A stretch of 64,000 bases of DNA from the IMG/VR virus record IMGVR_UViG_3300018472_000401, positions 26,563 through 90,562 of that record; one strand, written 5' to 3'. This document shows positions 43,229-52,819 of the stretch, piece by piece. Under the pieces are notes generated by a model. That model did no database searches. It had not been told where the DNA came from and worked only from the letters and a program-made list of their open reading frames with translations. This DNA comes from a virus (lineage: Duplodnaviria; Caudoviricetes). The first letter of the stretch is position 1. Every line of letters starts with the position of its first letter. A program made the translations under genes and the position numbers.

Positions 43229-43664
43229 AGGCTCCCAGACCGCCTTCTTCCTCTTCCGCAGCCGGAGCATTCAGCGGCTTCACTTTGTGAAACGTCAGGT
43301 TGTCAAGGCTGAGCTGACCGCGAAGACCGATACCGGGACGGAACTGAAGCGATACCTTCCGGATGTTGGCGGTGCTGAATTCTTCTTCAGCTTCTGCGCC
43401 ATCGCTGGAGATTTGCGCCTGGAAGCTGCCCAGATTTTCCAGTTTCACAATTTCACCCTTGGAAATATGCTTGTTGATCTGTTTCACCAGGGCACGGATC
43501 ACGTTCAGCACGTCTCCGTCGGTAAGGGTAGTGGAGTACGAGATTTCTTCGGCCAGTTCGTTGATGTCAACGCTTCCGGATGCCTGTGCCTTCGCATAAT
43601 ACTTTGCCGGTGCCCCCTTGTCATTGGGGTTTTTCATCTGTGCAATGCTGTAATTGATAGCCAT
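43227..43664 (-). CDS. HU/IHF-family DNA-binding protein (Bacteroidales long form)
   Basis: ELAEEI...TLT.GDV..VI.AL......G..V.L..LGSF...LQFRPG. Confidence 0.85.
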   Translation of the reverse strand: MAINYSIAQMKNPNDKGAPAKYYAKAQASGSVDINELAEEISYSTTLTDGDVLNVIRALVKQINKHISKGEIVKLENLGSFQAQISSDGAEAEEEFSTANIRKVSLQFRPGIGLRGQLSLDNLTFHKVKPLNAPAAEEEEGGLGA

Positions 43665-43828
43665 AGTCAGTAATGTTTTTGAGGGTTGATAAATCAGTTG
43701 TTTCTGTCATGACGCTGTAAAATTACGGCAGGCAGCGGCAGTCCTGTCGTCCAAAGTGCCGGAAGAGGTGATTCAAGGCATAAAGTGTTGATTTTTATGC
43801 GGTTTTTTGTATCTTTGCGGATATATAA

Positions 43829-44155
43829 ATGGATATTGACATGCCTAAAGGAAGGGACTCAGAATTAATAGCGATGCGAAATGAAGAATTGCTCCGCAGA
43901 TATTACTACTGGACGGAGATAAAACGTCTGCGCTTTGACGATACCTTTCATCAGTTGTCTACCAGAGAATTTTTTATTAGCGAGGAACGCATCCGTACTA
44001 TCGTGAACCAGAATTACGAATTTCTCCAGGAACTGGATCGCGAATACCGTTCGGGTAAAAACATGGAAGAGAAGCCGCCCATGCCTTCCAAGAGAAAGCG
44101 CGGACGGCAGGCCGGTGTGAAATACGGCAAGCGTGTGTCTGTCATACCTGAGTAG
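43829..44155 (+). CDS. Putative late regulator (Mor/C-like position)
   Basis: Own promoter TATCTTTG (43810-17); LS..EFF.SE.RI HTH-like segment. Confidence 0.45.
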   Translation: MDIDMPKGRDSELIAMRNEELLRRYYYWTEIKRLRFDDTFHQLSTREFFISEERIRTIVNQNYEFLQELDREYRSGKNMEEKPPMPSKRKRGRQAGVKYGKRVSVIPE

Positions 44156-44612
44156 CGTCTTCTATCATGCGGCACTCATAGTTCAATTCATACACTTTTA
44201 TTCCCTTTGTCATCGTCTGGCTACGGCTGGTCTTGCGGTCAAGCGGTGAAGATGAATGCATGGGCATCCATCCCTGCAGCAGTGAATGAAGCTCGTGCAC
44301 CTTGTCCGCACGTTCCTGAGCCTTGTCGGCTGTTCCGCTGGTGAAATGCGTATCGTCGTAACAGTCCATTGCCAGTTTCACGTTGACGGTTACCGTGCCC
44401 GACTGCACTTTACCGAAAGCTCCTCCCATGGTAGTCCATGAGGTTTCAGGTATGTCTATCAGCACAAGAGGGAAGGTGAGAGGATAGGTGTCGGAGTCTT
44501 CGTCGTCGCGGTAAAGCATTTCAAGCTGTCCGTAGTCTTCGTCCACGTTTCTGTCGAGCCATTCAATCTTGTCTGCCACAAGTTGCTGTATCTGGTTGAA
44601 TAATGTTTCCAT
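44142..44612 (-). CDS. Tail-completion / head-tail joining protein
   Basis: FPLVLID...H..LQG...LDR..S...KVYE pattern; follows gpG. Confidence 0.55.
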   Translation of the reverse strand: METLFNQIQQLVADKIEWLDRNVDEDYGQLEMLYRDDEDSDTYPLTFPLVLIDIPETSWTTMGGAFGKVQSGTVTVNVKLAMDCYDDTHFTSGTADKAQERADKVHELHSLLQGWMPMHSSSPLDRKTSRSQTMTKGIKVYELNYECRMIEDATQV

Positions 44613-44648
44613 GTAATTCAATGAATAATTAATAGTTAATAATTAAAA

Positions 44649-45287
44649 TCACGTCAGGCTTCCGAGTCTTGTTTCCATTACTTTGAGCAGTTCCTTTTCG
44701 GCTTCTTCCTGTAGCTTCTCGGTCAGTTCCTTGCTTTGTCCGAGGAACCTTCGCTGTGGTATTTGTGCGGTTACGTTGAGCCTTGACTTCTTGCTCAGGG
44801 CAATGGCTTTCCACATACGGGCTTCAGGAGGTGCAGCAGCGTCTTTCTTCTTCCGGGTTTTTGAGGAAGTTCCACGCCGTATGCCTGCCGCCTTGAAATA
44901 CCGTGCCCATGCCATTTTCCGGAGCTTGGGCGTAATGCGCGGATGGGTGCTGACGGTTCCTCCTTCATTGTGTATTGCGGCGTATTCTACCGTATTCCGC
45001 ACAATGACCTTTCCTTTCATCGGCACATCGTAGGTGGCTCCCATGAGCCGTTTCCGGCTGCTGAGCAGAGGGCCGTAACGGTCGGAAGCTTTCTTGCTTC
45101 CCGACTGCTGCCGTCGGGTCGGCTTCCATGGCTGGAGTCCTCCGTTGCGGAAACCTCCGTCACGGAAGTTCTGGCGTGTATGGTTCACGGCCAGCACGCC
45201 TGCCTTCCGGGGCAGCGTGTCATTGATGGTTTTCTGCAAGTCACGCTCCAGCTGTTTCAGTGTCTTTTTCAAATCGGAAATATTCAT
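44649..45287 (-). CDS. Virion morphogenesis protein (Mu gpG-like)
   Basis: NFRDGG...W.P, YAAIHNEGG, IPQRRFLG. Confidence 0.8.
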   Translation of the reverse strand: MNISDLKKTLKQLERDLQKTINDTLPRKAGVLAVNHTRQNFRDGGFRNGGLQPWKPTRRQQSGSKKASDRYGPLLSSRKRLMGATYDVPMKGKVIVRNTVEYAAIHNEGGTVSTHPRITPKLRKMAWARYFKAAGIRRGTSSKTRKKKDAAAPPEARMWKAIALSKKSRLNVTAQIPQRRFLGQSKELTEKLQEEAEKELLKVMETRLGSLT

Positions 45288-45319
45288 GGTGAATTGTTTG
45301 GTAGTTTCAAATTTTGTTG

Positions 45320-45480
45320 TACTTTTGTCGGTGCACTCACATACCATTCTTGGGCAAATAAATCTATCAGACTTTATTTTGAACAGGATATTTTAGAATA
45401 GCCCTCTATGGTGGCCGTGCGGAAACTATCGGCTGCATCCGCCCAGCGTATGTGGAGTGCACACCTACGGAGGGCTTTTC
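45320..45480 (+). promoter_or_regulatory. Promoter and structured leader RNA of the KilA-N cassette
   Basis: TACTTTTG at 45320; 45331-44 pairs with 45448-62; 45400-13 pairs with 45462-76, followed by a T-rich tract. Confidence 0.55.
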
Positions 45481-45504
45481 TTTTATATCGCAATTCTTAT
45501 AAAT

Positions 45505-46257
45505 ATGCACTCTAATAAGAATTTGATTGAAATCCTCAACATCGAGGGCAACGAAGTGGCGGTGTCCCGCCAAGGTATCAACAACTGCATGGTGAACCTC
45601 ACCCAAATGGCGAAGCCGTATGGAAAGGGGAAACAGGTATCGAACTGGTTGCGCAGAAGAGAAACGATAGAGTATCTTCAATACCGTTCCTCGAAAATGA
45701 GGAACGAAGACCGATTGCTGGAGTGTTACGGGAATTCGAGGAACGCTTTTGATGAAACCTACGGCGGACAAATCATCATGGTGCAGGGAGGTAACGCAAA
45801 AGAGCAAGGCACATGGTGTACCGATTTTCACATCGCCCTTGATTTCGCCCTTTGGCTCGATCCTGTAAAGAAAGACGTAGTTTACGACCACTTCATCAAG
45901 TTCCTCACCGGACGCAATGTCGGCACGCTGGTAAACACTCGTAATCTTCCGGCTCCTAAACACCGTGAGGGCTTCCGTAAACTGGAGGCTATCCTGCGCA
46001 GGTACACTTCGCTGGCCAACCTGAAAGAGATTGCGAAACGGCACAAGGTGACGCTCCATCACGTGAAGGACGTGCTTGCCGGAAACAGTGTGAGCAACCC
46101 CGTACTCCAGTCCATCATCGACATTGCCAAGGAAAACAAGAACAAGGGCATCACTTTCCCCGACTGGCGCATCCGCAAGAAAGGTATCGACTACGGCCAG
46201 ACGCTCTTCGACTTCGAGCCGCAGGATATTGTGGAACTTAACGCAAAGGAGGACTGA
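45505..46257 (+). CDS. KilA-N domain protein
   Basis: VNLTQMAK.YG...SNWLR...QGTW...IALDFALWL.P. Confidence 0.85.
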   Translation: MHSNKNLIEILNIEGNEVAVSRQGINNCMVNLTQMAKPYGKGKQVSNWLRRRETIEYLQYRSSKMRNEDRLLECYGNSRNAFDETYGGQIIMVQGGNAKEQGTWCTDFHIALDFALWLDPVKKDVVYDHFIKFLTGRNVGTLVNTRNLPAPKHREGFRKLEAILRRYTSLANLKEIAKRHKVTLHHVKDVLAGNSVSNPVLQSIIDIAKENKNKGITFPDWRIRKKGIDYGQTLFDFEPQDIVELNAKED

Positions 46258-46260
46258 GCC

Positions 46261-46473
46261 ATGAAGACACAATACGACATGACCATGCTCGAAAGCGTGG
46301 TGGCGGACAACACCCCGAAAGAACTGGCAGCCGCCCTGCAGGCCATCCTGCTCGATTCCTGCGTGTATTACACCGACGTGGCGAGCCGTGGCTGCCCCGA
46401 CAGTACCGACGGAAGCAACATCATCCTGGTGCGGCAACTGCTCGTAGCCTTGCAGGAAACTCATCAGAAATAG
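46261..46473 (+). CDS. Hypothetical protein (70 aa)
   Basis: 3 nt after the KilA-N stop. Confidence 0.65.
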   Translation: MKTQYDMTMLESVVADNTPKELAAALQAILLDSCVYYTDVASRGCPDSTDGSNIILVRQLLVALQETHQK

Positions 46474-46502
46474 CGTATTTATTGTATTTATTGTCATTAC
46501 GG

Positions 46503-46533
46503 TTTGTTTTTTAACGGATTAATCGTATATTTG
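46503..46533 (+). promoter_or_regulatory. Full-consensus Bacteroidetes promoter
   Basis: TTTG (46503-06), 19 nt, TATATTTG (46526-33). Confidence 0.75.
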
Positions 46534-46537
46534 CATA

Positions 46538-46612
46538 AAACAAAGGCATTGCCCGCAGTTGTCCCGCGCGAAAGCACACAGGGAAGAGACGGGGCGGTGC
46601 CTTTATTCTTTC
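46538..46612 (+). ncRNA. Candidate small RNA antisense to the MuF 3' end
   Basis: 13-bp stem 46542-54/46592-604 with two G-U pairs, inner TCCC/GGGA and GAAA tetraloop, T-rich end. Confidence 0.5.
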
Positions 46613-47808
46613 AGCAATCTCATATAATGCAGGAAATACCCGTCGTTATTAACCTTACATTTAAACTCTACAATGCCATACTCAGTTTCATATTCGTAAA
46701 CCTTGAACATGCTGGCATCTTCATGGTCTCTGGATACTTCGTCACGCACATGTTTTGCTTTAGGGAAAATCAGATGTGCCTGTCTTGCAAGTTCCAGCCT
46801 TTTTGCATATTCCGGAGAGTCTTTATACTTTGACGCCGTTTCTTCATAAAAGTTTCTGTTTATAATAGTCCGTATCGGCTCTTCAGGTGTTGCGACCTCA
46901 AATCTCTTCATCTCCATTTTCCCGACTTTTACCGCAGGCAAATTTTCCTTGTACCATTTTTCAAGCCTTTTTCTTAAGGCTTTAGGATTGTTACTGTCAT
47001 TTATAACCTTTTCCACTGCCTTCTCTGCCCCCGGATACGCTTTCGTATAGTACGGATGAGTATGGCTGAACAGTTCAGGCTCCAGTCCCGGGTTGCTGTC
47101 CAGTCCGGGCGAAGGCTTGTAGTCCACCTCAGGGATGATTCCCGTGACGGGGTCGTCCGTCTCCTCCAGGTCACACTTGCATCCCCAGCGGTCGTGCGGA
47201 TGGTGGCTTTTCCAGAAGGGGTGTGTCTTTGGAAGCGTCAGCCCGATTCGCCAGTATTCCATGTGGAACACGTCGGGGTCGGCACTGGTGGTGGGCATCC
47301 ATTTCAGGTTGGGCAGGATGTCGGCATTACGTGAGAAACGTTTCCAGTCGGCGGCATAGCGGGCACGGAGTACGGCTGTGTCGTATTCCGTACGCAGCCA
47401 GTGGTTGTTGTAGGTGCCGATGACAGACTCAGCATCTTCCTGGAAGCGCCGGAACTCCTTCAGCTTTCCGTTTTCATCAAGCAGCTGCGAAGCGATGTCG
47501 TTCTGCATGCGGTGTGTGCGGAAGGCGGCAAACACGTCGGCATCGTCTTTCAGTGCCTGACGGAAAAGGGTGTCGGCATCATCTACATCCTCTATGGGGT
47601 ATCCTTCCTGAAGGGCACGTTCAAAGGTGTCGCGTGCGGCTTCATACAGTTCCGGATAGATGTCTTCCTCCACATTGAAGGTTTTCGCGTAAATGTCGGC
47701 CAGCAGGCGTGCCATCAGTTCCGGAGTAAATGAGGCGGAGACGGATGCTTCATTTCTGGGATGAGCATGATGACAGCAGGAACAAGTCTGTCCGTACAGC
47801 TCATTCAT
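46603..47808 (-). CDS. MuF head morphogenesis protein with C-terminal extension
   Basis: WLRTEY.TA, LP..H.FW...P.D.WGCKC; extra ~130 aa AT-rich domain. Confidence 0.85.
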   Translation of the reverse strand: MNELYGQTCSCCHHAHPRNEASVSASFTPELMARLLADIYAKTFNVEEDIYPELYEAARDTFERALQEGYPIEDVDDADTLFRQALKDDADVFAAFRTHRMQNDIASQLLDENGKLKEFRRFQEDAESVIGTYNNHWLRTEYDTAVLRARYAADWKRFSRNADILPNLKWMPTTSADPDVFHMEYWRIGLTLPKTHPFWKSHHPHDRWGCKCDLEETDDPVTGIIPEVDYKPSPGLDSNPGLEPELFSHTHPYYTKAYPGAEKAVEKVINDSNNPKALRKRLEKWYKENLPAVKVGKMEMKRFEVATPEEPIRTIINRNFYEETASKYKDSPEYAKRLELARQAHLIFPKAKHVRDEVSRDHEDASMFKVYEYETEYGIVEFKCKVNNDGYFLHYMRLLKE

Positions 47809-49160
47809 CACCACCCTAAAGCCCCGCTTTTCGGGGCGCGGACGAAAAAACGGCGGAGGTGGTTGTAGAATCTGGTTAAATAGTTTTTACTTTCCGTTTG
47901 AGAATCGTTTAAATCCTTCCATTTCTCTTCTTTTCTTTGTGCAGTTTTGCTGTCAGGCGTGTCTTTCTTATCAGGTACTACGGCATTCCGTTTTTCCTGC
48001 TGTTCGGCTTTCAGCAAGTCGTAATTCTCAGGCTTGGGTATTCCGGTAAGTTCATAAAACGTGTCGTCGGATACGGGTGTTCCTGCGTTTCGCATCTTGG
48101 TTATCACATCGGCAATGACCGTGATGTTTGTTTCTTTCGGTTCTACGTACACGAATTCTCCTCCGCGTGTGTTGTATCCCATGCTTTCGAAGATGTCCGT
48201 CATGTCGTAGTTCAGCACGTTCAGGATAAGCTGGCGGTCGGATTCATTGATTTTCTTTTCTCCTTTCTCCTGCACGGTTCCCAGCGACTGGGTTCCACGT
48301 TCGGAGGCTTCGGTGGTAAGCGTATTGCCCAGAAATATTTTGCTTATCTCATTGTTGCACCGCTCATACAGCTTGTCATACAGGTCGGATGAACCGCTTT
48401 TACCGGCACTTTCCAGCAGCTTCAGCTCACTGCCTTTCGGGTGGATGAAGCATGCGGCTGCTCCCTGCTCATTCATGTCGTCAAGAATTTGCAGGCGTGC
48501 CTCTTCATCTTCCGCATCGTAGGTATATTCGCGTATGGGCATTCCGAATATTTCACAGAACTGTGCCCAGTCGGCCATGTCGTTACGCTTGAAGATGACG
48601 TAGGGTGCAGCGTTGGCCAGTTTTCCCAATGCACGCGGCTTGCCCACAAAAAGCACATCGCGGAAGTCAGTCCAGGGAGTTCCGGCAATATCGCTCTGAC
48701 GGTGAAGAATAAGCCCGCGAACCGGATCAACATTCTTTCTGGGTATCAGTTCGTAATTAATCCATCCGCTTTTGTCGCGGTAGAACTGGAAAAGAGAGAA
48801 GCCCCAGAATACGGAGTCTATCAGGTCTTCGATGAAATGGAAAAACCAGGGCGAGCGCAGCATCACGTTGATTTCCTCGTCCGGTTTCCCGTTACGTCGG
48901 AACTCTATCTGAATGTTTCGTGCCGAAGCGATTCGCTTGTCACGCACACTGCTCAGGTGTCCGTCAATCAGGATGTCTTCGTACATGTCGTACAGGCGTA
49001 CGCGGTTGGTGAAGTCTACGTTTTCGGCCCCGCGTATGCCGCTCATGTATTTCTGCATGTCGAGGAAAAAACGCTGCGGCTGGGTAATGATGACCGTTCG
49101 TGCCGGACTTCCCTGCGGATTGATGTTTCCGCCTATGGTTATTTTTTTCTTCTTGCTCAT
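47808..49160 (-). CDS. Portal protein (Mu gp29/DUF935-like)
   Basis: D.HL.S....R, W.QFCE.FGMP, N.EISK..LG.TLT, G..SLG.V. Confidence 0.9.
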   Translation of the reverse strand: MSKKKKITIGGNINPQGSPARTVIITQPQRFFLDMQKYMSGIRGAENVDFTNRVRLYDMYEDILIDGHLSSVRDKRIASARNIQIEFRRNGKPDEEINVMLRSPWFFHFIEDLIDSVFWGFSLFQFYRDKSGWINYELIPRKNVDPVRGLILHRQSDIAGTPWTDFRDVLFVGKPRALGKLANAAPYVIFKRNDMADWAQFCEIFGMPIREYTYDAEDEEARLQILDDMNEQGAAACFIHPKGSELKLLESAGKSGSSDLYDKLYERCNNEISKIFLGNTLTTEASERGTQSLGTVQEKGEKKINESDRQLILNVLNYDMTDIFESMGYNTRGGEFVYVEPKETNITVIADVITKMRNAGTPVSDDTFYELTGIPKPENYDLLKAEQQEKRNAVVPDKKDTPDSKTAQRKEEKWKDLNDSQTESKNYLTRFYNHLRRFFVRAPKSGALGW

Positions 49161-49161
49161 A

Positions 49162-49587
49162 TCAGTATCGGGTGTTTCTTCGTGGATAACTTCGCATCTG
49201 GAATGCGGAATTTAACTTCGTGGAATCTTCGTCGAGTGCCGGTAGTCCTTCCACGCTTATCTCAAATTTTGACACGCCTTTCAGCCATTCCAGGCTTCGC
49301 TCGTAACGGTCTGTCCGTATCTTGGAAATCTTCTGCGGATTGTGTATGCAGAATACGTGATACAGCGTGATGTCTTTGGCGTACATCAGTACAAGCGGAT
49401 GGCGTTCGGAACCGGTGGCTGCAAAAATCCTGTCGCAGTCAAACCGTGAAGACAGGTATCCGCGCATTTCGGCGATGGCCTGGTCTTCGCATACTTCAAG
49501 AAGTGATTCGTCTTCACGTATGAGCGCATCGAGTATTTCACGGTGTATGGATGCGTCGTAATCTTCCGGGTTGATAAACTGGCTCAT
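49162..49587 (-). CDS. Neck protein (Mu gp36/DUF1320-like)
   Basis: A.AEMRGYL..RFD, DITLYH, RYE....WL..V. Confidence 0.8.
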   Translation of the reverse strand: MSQFINPEDYDASIHREILDALIREDESLLEVCEDQAIAEMRGYLSSRFDCDRIFAATGSERHPLVLMYAKDITLYHVFCIHNPQKISKIRTDRYERSLEWLKGVSKFEISVEGLPALDEDSTKLNSAFQMRSYPRRNTRY

Positions 49588-51113
49588 GTTCTGTATTTGT
49601 TTTTTTGCCGGATGGTCGTCCGGCTTACGGTTATTGTTTTTTGTAAGGATGCATTCTTGCGGTCGATGGCCCGGTTTCCTCCCTGTATGCAGTCGGGACC
49701 GTCGGCAGGATAAGGAAGCGTCATTTCAAAGAGGTCAAACTGGTTGATCAGTTCCTTCATGTGCGGATTGTCTTTTTCAGCCTCATTGAATATCAGCATT
49801 CCTTCACGATCCAGTGGTTCCAGGTCGGCTTCTATACGAGTAGCCTTGTCGGTCTTCTTGTCTTCATCCGGCTTGATGGAAAGCTGTTCGTTCCTCTTTC
49901 TGCGGATTCGTGCCAGGTGTCGTTTCAGTACCTGCTGGAAAAACGGGTCCTGAAGCTTGTTGTTCTCTACCATGCAGTAAAGGTTGGTCTTTCCGCCTAC
50001 GTATTCATTCAACAGGAAAAACCAGTTGATGAATTCTTCGTTTGTGGTATGGTCCAGAAAACCTTTAATGACATAAAGCACGCCCTGAATTTTGCCAAGC
50101 AGCCATACGGCCTTGAAGCTGGCACCTTTTTTCTTGCTTTCGCCCGGAGCAGGGTCGCCATACACCATGAGGAATTTGAATTTACGCAGAGGCGGAACCT
50201 TACCGAAAGCCAGCTTGGTAAATACGCTTCCTCCGGTGAGCGGGTTGTTGAAATATTCCTTCTGCTGTGCCTTTGTGCTGATTTTGGCAAGCACCTGGTC
50301 AATCTGTTCCTCACTGTTCTTGGCTGGCCACGTGGAATGTCCTTCCTTGTCGCGTATGTTAATCACGTCCCAGTGGTCGGCCTGCTTTCCGGCACGGGTG
50401 ATGCAGCAGTCGCGTGCAATGATGTTTCCGCAGAAGATTATCAGTGTGGGTATGGCCGTATCACGTGTTCCGTACAATGCTTCTTCCCACCATCCCCACA
50501 TCTTGTTTACCGTGTCAGGATTACGGCATGCTTCGTCCGTATCGAAGTCATCCACCAGCAGCACGTCGGGTCGGTCGGCCTCGTTACGGCTACCACGCGG
50601 GGCACTTCCTGCACCTACGGCACGAAACGCACATCCTCCTTTCGTAATGAACTCCTCTTCACTCCAGTTTCCAAGGTTCAGCTGTGTGCCGTAATAAGCC
50701 TTGATCAGTCCGTTCCGTTCAAACTGCTTCCGGTATGGGTCAAGCAGACGGACGGCACTGTCTTTCGTGGCCGATGCCATGATGACATTCCGTTTTCTTC
50801 CCGTAAGCACCAGGAACATGACAATGAACATCACGCAGGTACTCTTGGCCAGCGAACGTGCCCACGAAAGAACCTCAAACCATTCATCGTGTTCAATGCA
50901 GCGCGTGATGGCCTTAATCTGGAACGGGGCAAAGTCGAACTTGCAGAACTCCGGGAAGAAGAAACGTATCCACTCCAGCGGACGCTTTTCGAGCAATGCC
51001 TTGTGCCGTTCTATTTCGGCCCGGCTCTTGTTTACTATTACGACTCCCTTCCTGAGAGAATCCTGCTTGTAATCTTCCCAGATACGGAGTGCTTCTCTGT
51101 CCTGCTGTTTCAT
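49584..51113 (-). CDS. terL: Terminase large subunit
   Basis: RSLAKST, RGSR...RPD.LLVDD, DDGPD-like ADGPD. Confidence 0.88.
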   Translation of the reverse strand: MKQQDREALRIWEDYKQDSLRKGVVIVNKSRAEIERHKALLEKRPLEWIRFFFPEFCKFDFAPFQIKAITRCIEHDEWFEVLSWARSLAKSTCVMFIVMFLVLTGRKRNVIMASATKDSAVRLLDPYRKQFERNGLIKAYYGTQLNLGNWSEEEFITKGGCAFRAVGAGSAPRGSRNEADRPDVLLVDDFDTDEACRNPDTVNKMWGWWEEALYGTRDTAIPTLIIFCGNIIARDCCITRAGKQADHWDVINIRDKEGHSTWPAKNSEEQIDQVLAKISTKAQQKEYFNNPLTGGSVFTKLAFGKVPPLRKFKFLMVYGDPAPGESKKKGASFKAVWLLGKIQGVLYVIKGFLDHTTNEEFINWFFLLNEYVGGKTNLYCMVENNKLQDPFFQQVLKRHLARIRRKRNEQLSIKPDEDKKTDKATRIEADLEPLDREGMLIFNEAEKDNPHMKELINQFDLFEMTLPYPADGPDCIQGGNRAIDRKNASLQKTITVSRTTIRQKNKYRT

Positions 51114-51553
51114 AGGTTATCCTTGATAAACTGGTCAAACAATCGGATAAACGTCTTTGTCATATCCGGGTCCTGCGGGCGAAGCCAGTCGGAAAACCGC
51201 ATCCCCACACTGATAATGTCACTGATCCCCACATCGCTTTCCAGCTTCTTGATGGTGGCCGCGAGTTTTCCCAGCGTGTCGGCTTCAGACGGAGTGGCAT
51301 ATCGCTTTCCTTCTTCACGGCTCTGTATGGCCTTGTTTATTTCGGCCACCTGCCGGTGAAGTGCGGAAATCTGCTGTTCGCGTGTCAGCGTCATGCCAAT
51401 CTTCATCTCCTCCCATTTTTCCGAGTTGATCCATCGGGAAAGTGTCTGGCGTGACACGCCTGTCTTTTCTGCTATTTCCTGCTGAGTAAGGTTCTCTTTC
51501 AGGTAAAGCATGCGTGCATATTCCTTTTTTTGCGTGTTTGTCAATTCTGCCAT
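51110..51553 (-). CDS. terS: Terminase small subunit (DUF1804-like)
   Basis: KEYARMLY...TQQEIAEKTGVS..TLSRW. Confidence 0.75.
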   Translation of the reverse strand: MAELTNTQKKEYARMLYLKENLTQQEIAEKTGVSRQTLSRWINSEKWEEMKIGMTLTREQQISALHRQVAEINKAIQSREEGKRYATPSEADTLGKLAATIKKLESDVGISDIISVGMRFSDWLRPQDPDMTKTFIRLFDQFIKDNL

Positions 51554-51609
51554 GTCTTTTATATCTTATTTTGTGTTTTGCAAATTTCGCCCATAAATAC
51601 ATCATTCAC

Positions 51610-51669
51610 AATACGTTATTTTTATGATAACGTATTAAATCCTCATGATGACGTTTTAAAATATCATCA
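51610..51669. promoter_or_regulatory. Two inverted repeats in the divergent late promoter
   Basis: AATACGTTAT-N7-ATAACGTATT (51610-36) and ATGATG...CATCAT (51645-69). Confidence 0.55.
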
Positions 51670-51737
51670 TAAAATATCCGTCTTGACACGACTCCTTTTT
51701 CTTCCCAACTTTGCACCAGAACAGCAATAAAAGCAAA

Positions 51738-52793
51738 ATGAACAAACGATTTTTCAATATGATACCTTCGCCCGATGTGGCGTGTATTCTTCTGTACGGG
51801 GAGATAGGCGACAAGTGGGACGGCGTGACCGACGCGGACATCGTCCGTGAGCTTCGCGACTATGAATCATTGTACGGTAAGATTGATGTGCGCGTCAACA
51901 GCATCGGGGGAAGCGTATATGCCGGAATCGCCATCTTCAACGCGCTTCGTGAAAGCAAGGCAGACATTACCATTTACGTGGACGGGGTGGCCGCCAGCAT
52001 TGCAAGCGTGATTGCCATGTGCGGGAAGCCGGTGTACATGAGCCAGTACGCACGTCTGATGATTCACAATGTGCAGGGAGGATGCTGGGGTAACAAGGAG
52101 GAACTGAAGCAGACCATGGAACACATTGAACAGCTGGAGGAGACACTGGCAGACATCTATTCTTCGAAGACCGGAACAGACCGCGAAGAAATAAAGAAGA
52201 CTTACTTCGACGGTAAAGACCACTGGCTTACGGCCAGGGAGGCAAAGGATATGGGATTCGTGGACGGAATCTACGACGTGGAAGAAGCAGAACGACAGGA
52301 CGTGGAAAGTCCAGACAACGTGTACAAACTCTTTATGAACAGAATGAATAATAACCCATTAAACAACGATAAACAAATGTTTGAGGAACTGAAGAAACGT
52401 CCCTTGTTTGCCAACTGTGCAGATTCTGCCTCTGCGCTGGCCGTAATCGGGACACTGGAAAACAAAGCAGGGAAGTATGACACCCTGAAGGCGGAAAACG
52501 ACACACTGCGACAGAAGCTGAAAGGATTTGAGGATGCGGCTGCAGATGCACGCAAGAAAGAAATCGACACGATGCTGGAAAACGCGGTAAAGGAGGAACG
52601 CATCCGTCCGGCAGACAAGGACACATATCGTACCTTGCTGGAGAAGGACTTTGAAAATGCATCGAAGATTCTGGAAGGTTTGCCCCGGAAAAAGATGATT
52701 TCCGACGGACTGGACAAGAACGACCCCGAAAACAAAGGTGCATGGGAAAAGGAACAGGAAAACATCCGTGAAAGACGTTACGGAAAGAAGTAG
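51738..52793 (+). CDS. ClpP-like prohead protease fused to scaffold
   Basis: RVNS.GGSV, DG.AAS.AS, MIHN, WLTA.EA..MGFVD; helical C-terminal half. Confidence 0.9.
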   Translation: MNKRFFNMIPSPDVACILLYGEIGDKWDGVTDADIVRELRDYESLYGKIDVRVNSIGGSVYAGIAIFNALRESKADITIYVDGVAASIASVIAMCGKPVYMSQYARLMIHNVQGGCWGNKEELKQTMEHIEQLEETLADIYSSKTGTDREEIKKTYFDGKDHWLTAREAKDMGFVDGIYDVEEAERQDVESPDNVYKLFMNRMNNNPLNNDKQMFEELKKRPLFANCADSASALAVIGTLENKAGKYDTLKAENDTLRQKLKGFEDAAADARKKEIDTMLENAVKEERIRPADKDTYRTLLEKDFENASKILEGLPRKKMISDGLDKNDPENKGAWEKEQENIRERRYGKK

Positions 52794-52819
52794 TAAATAA
52801 CAATTAATCAAAACAAAAC

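Noticed and set aside
49761-51359. 532-aa ORF antisense to terL (similarly 48441-49370, 45406-46497, 35380-36297)
   Set aside because: Shadow frames of well-supported genes; no motifs or initiation context
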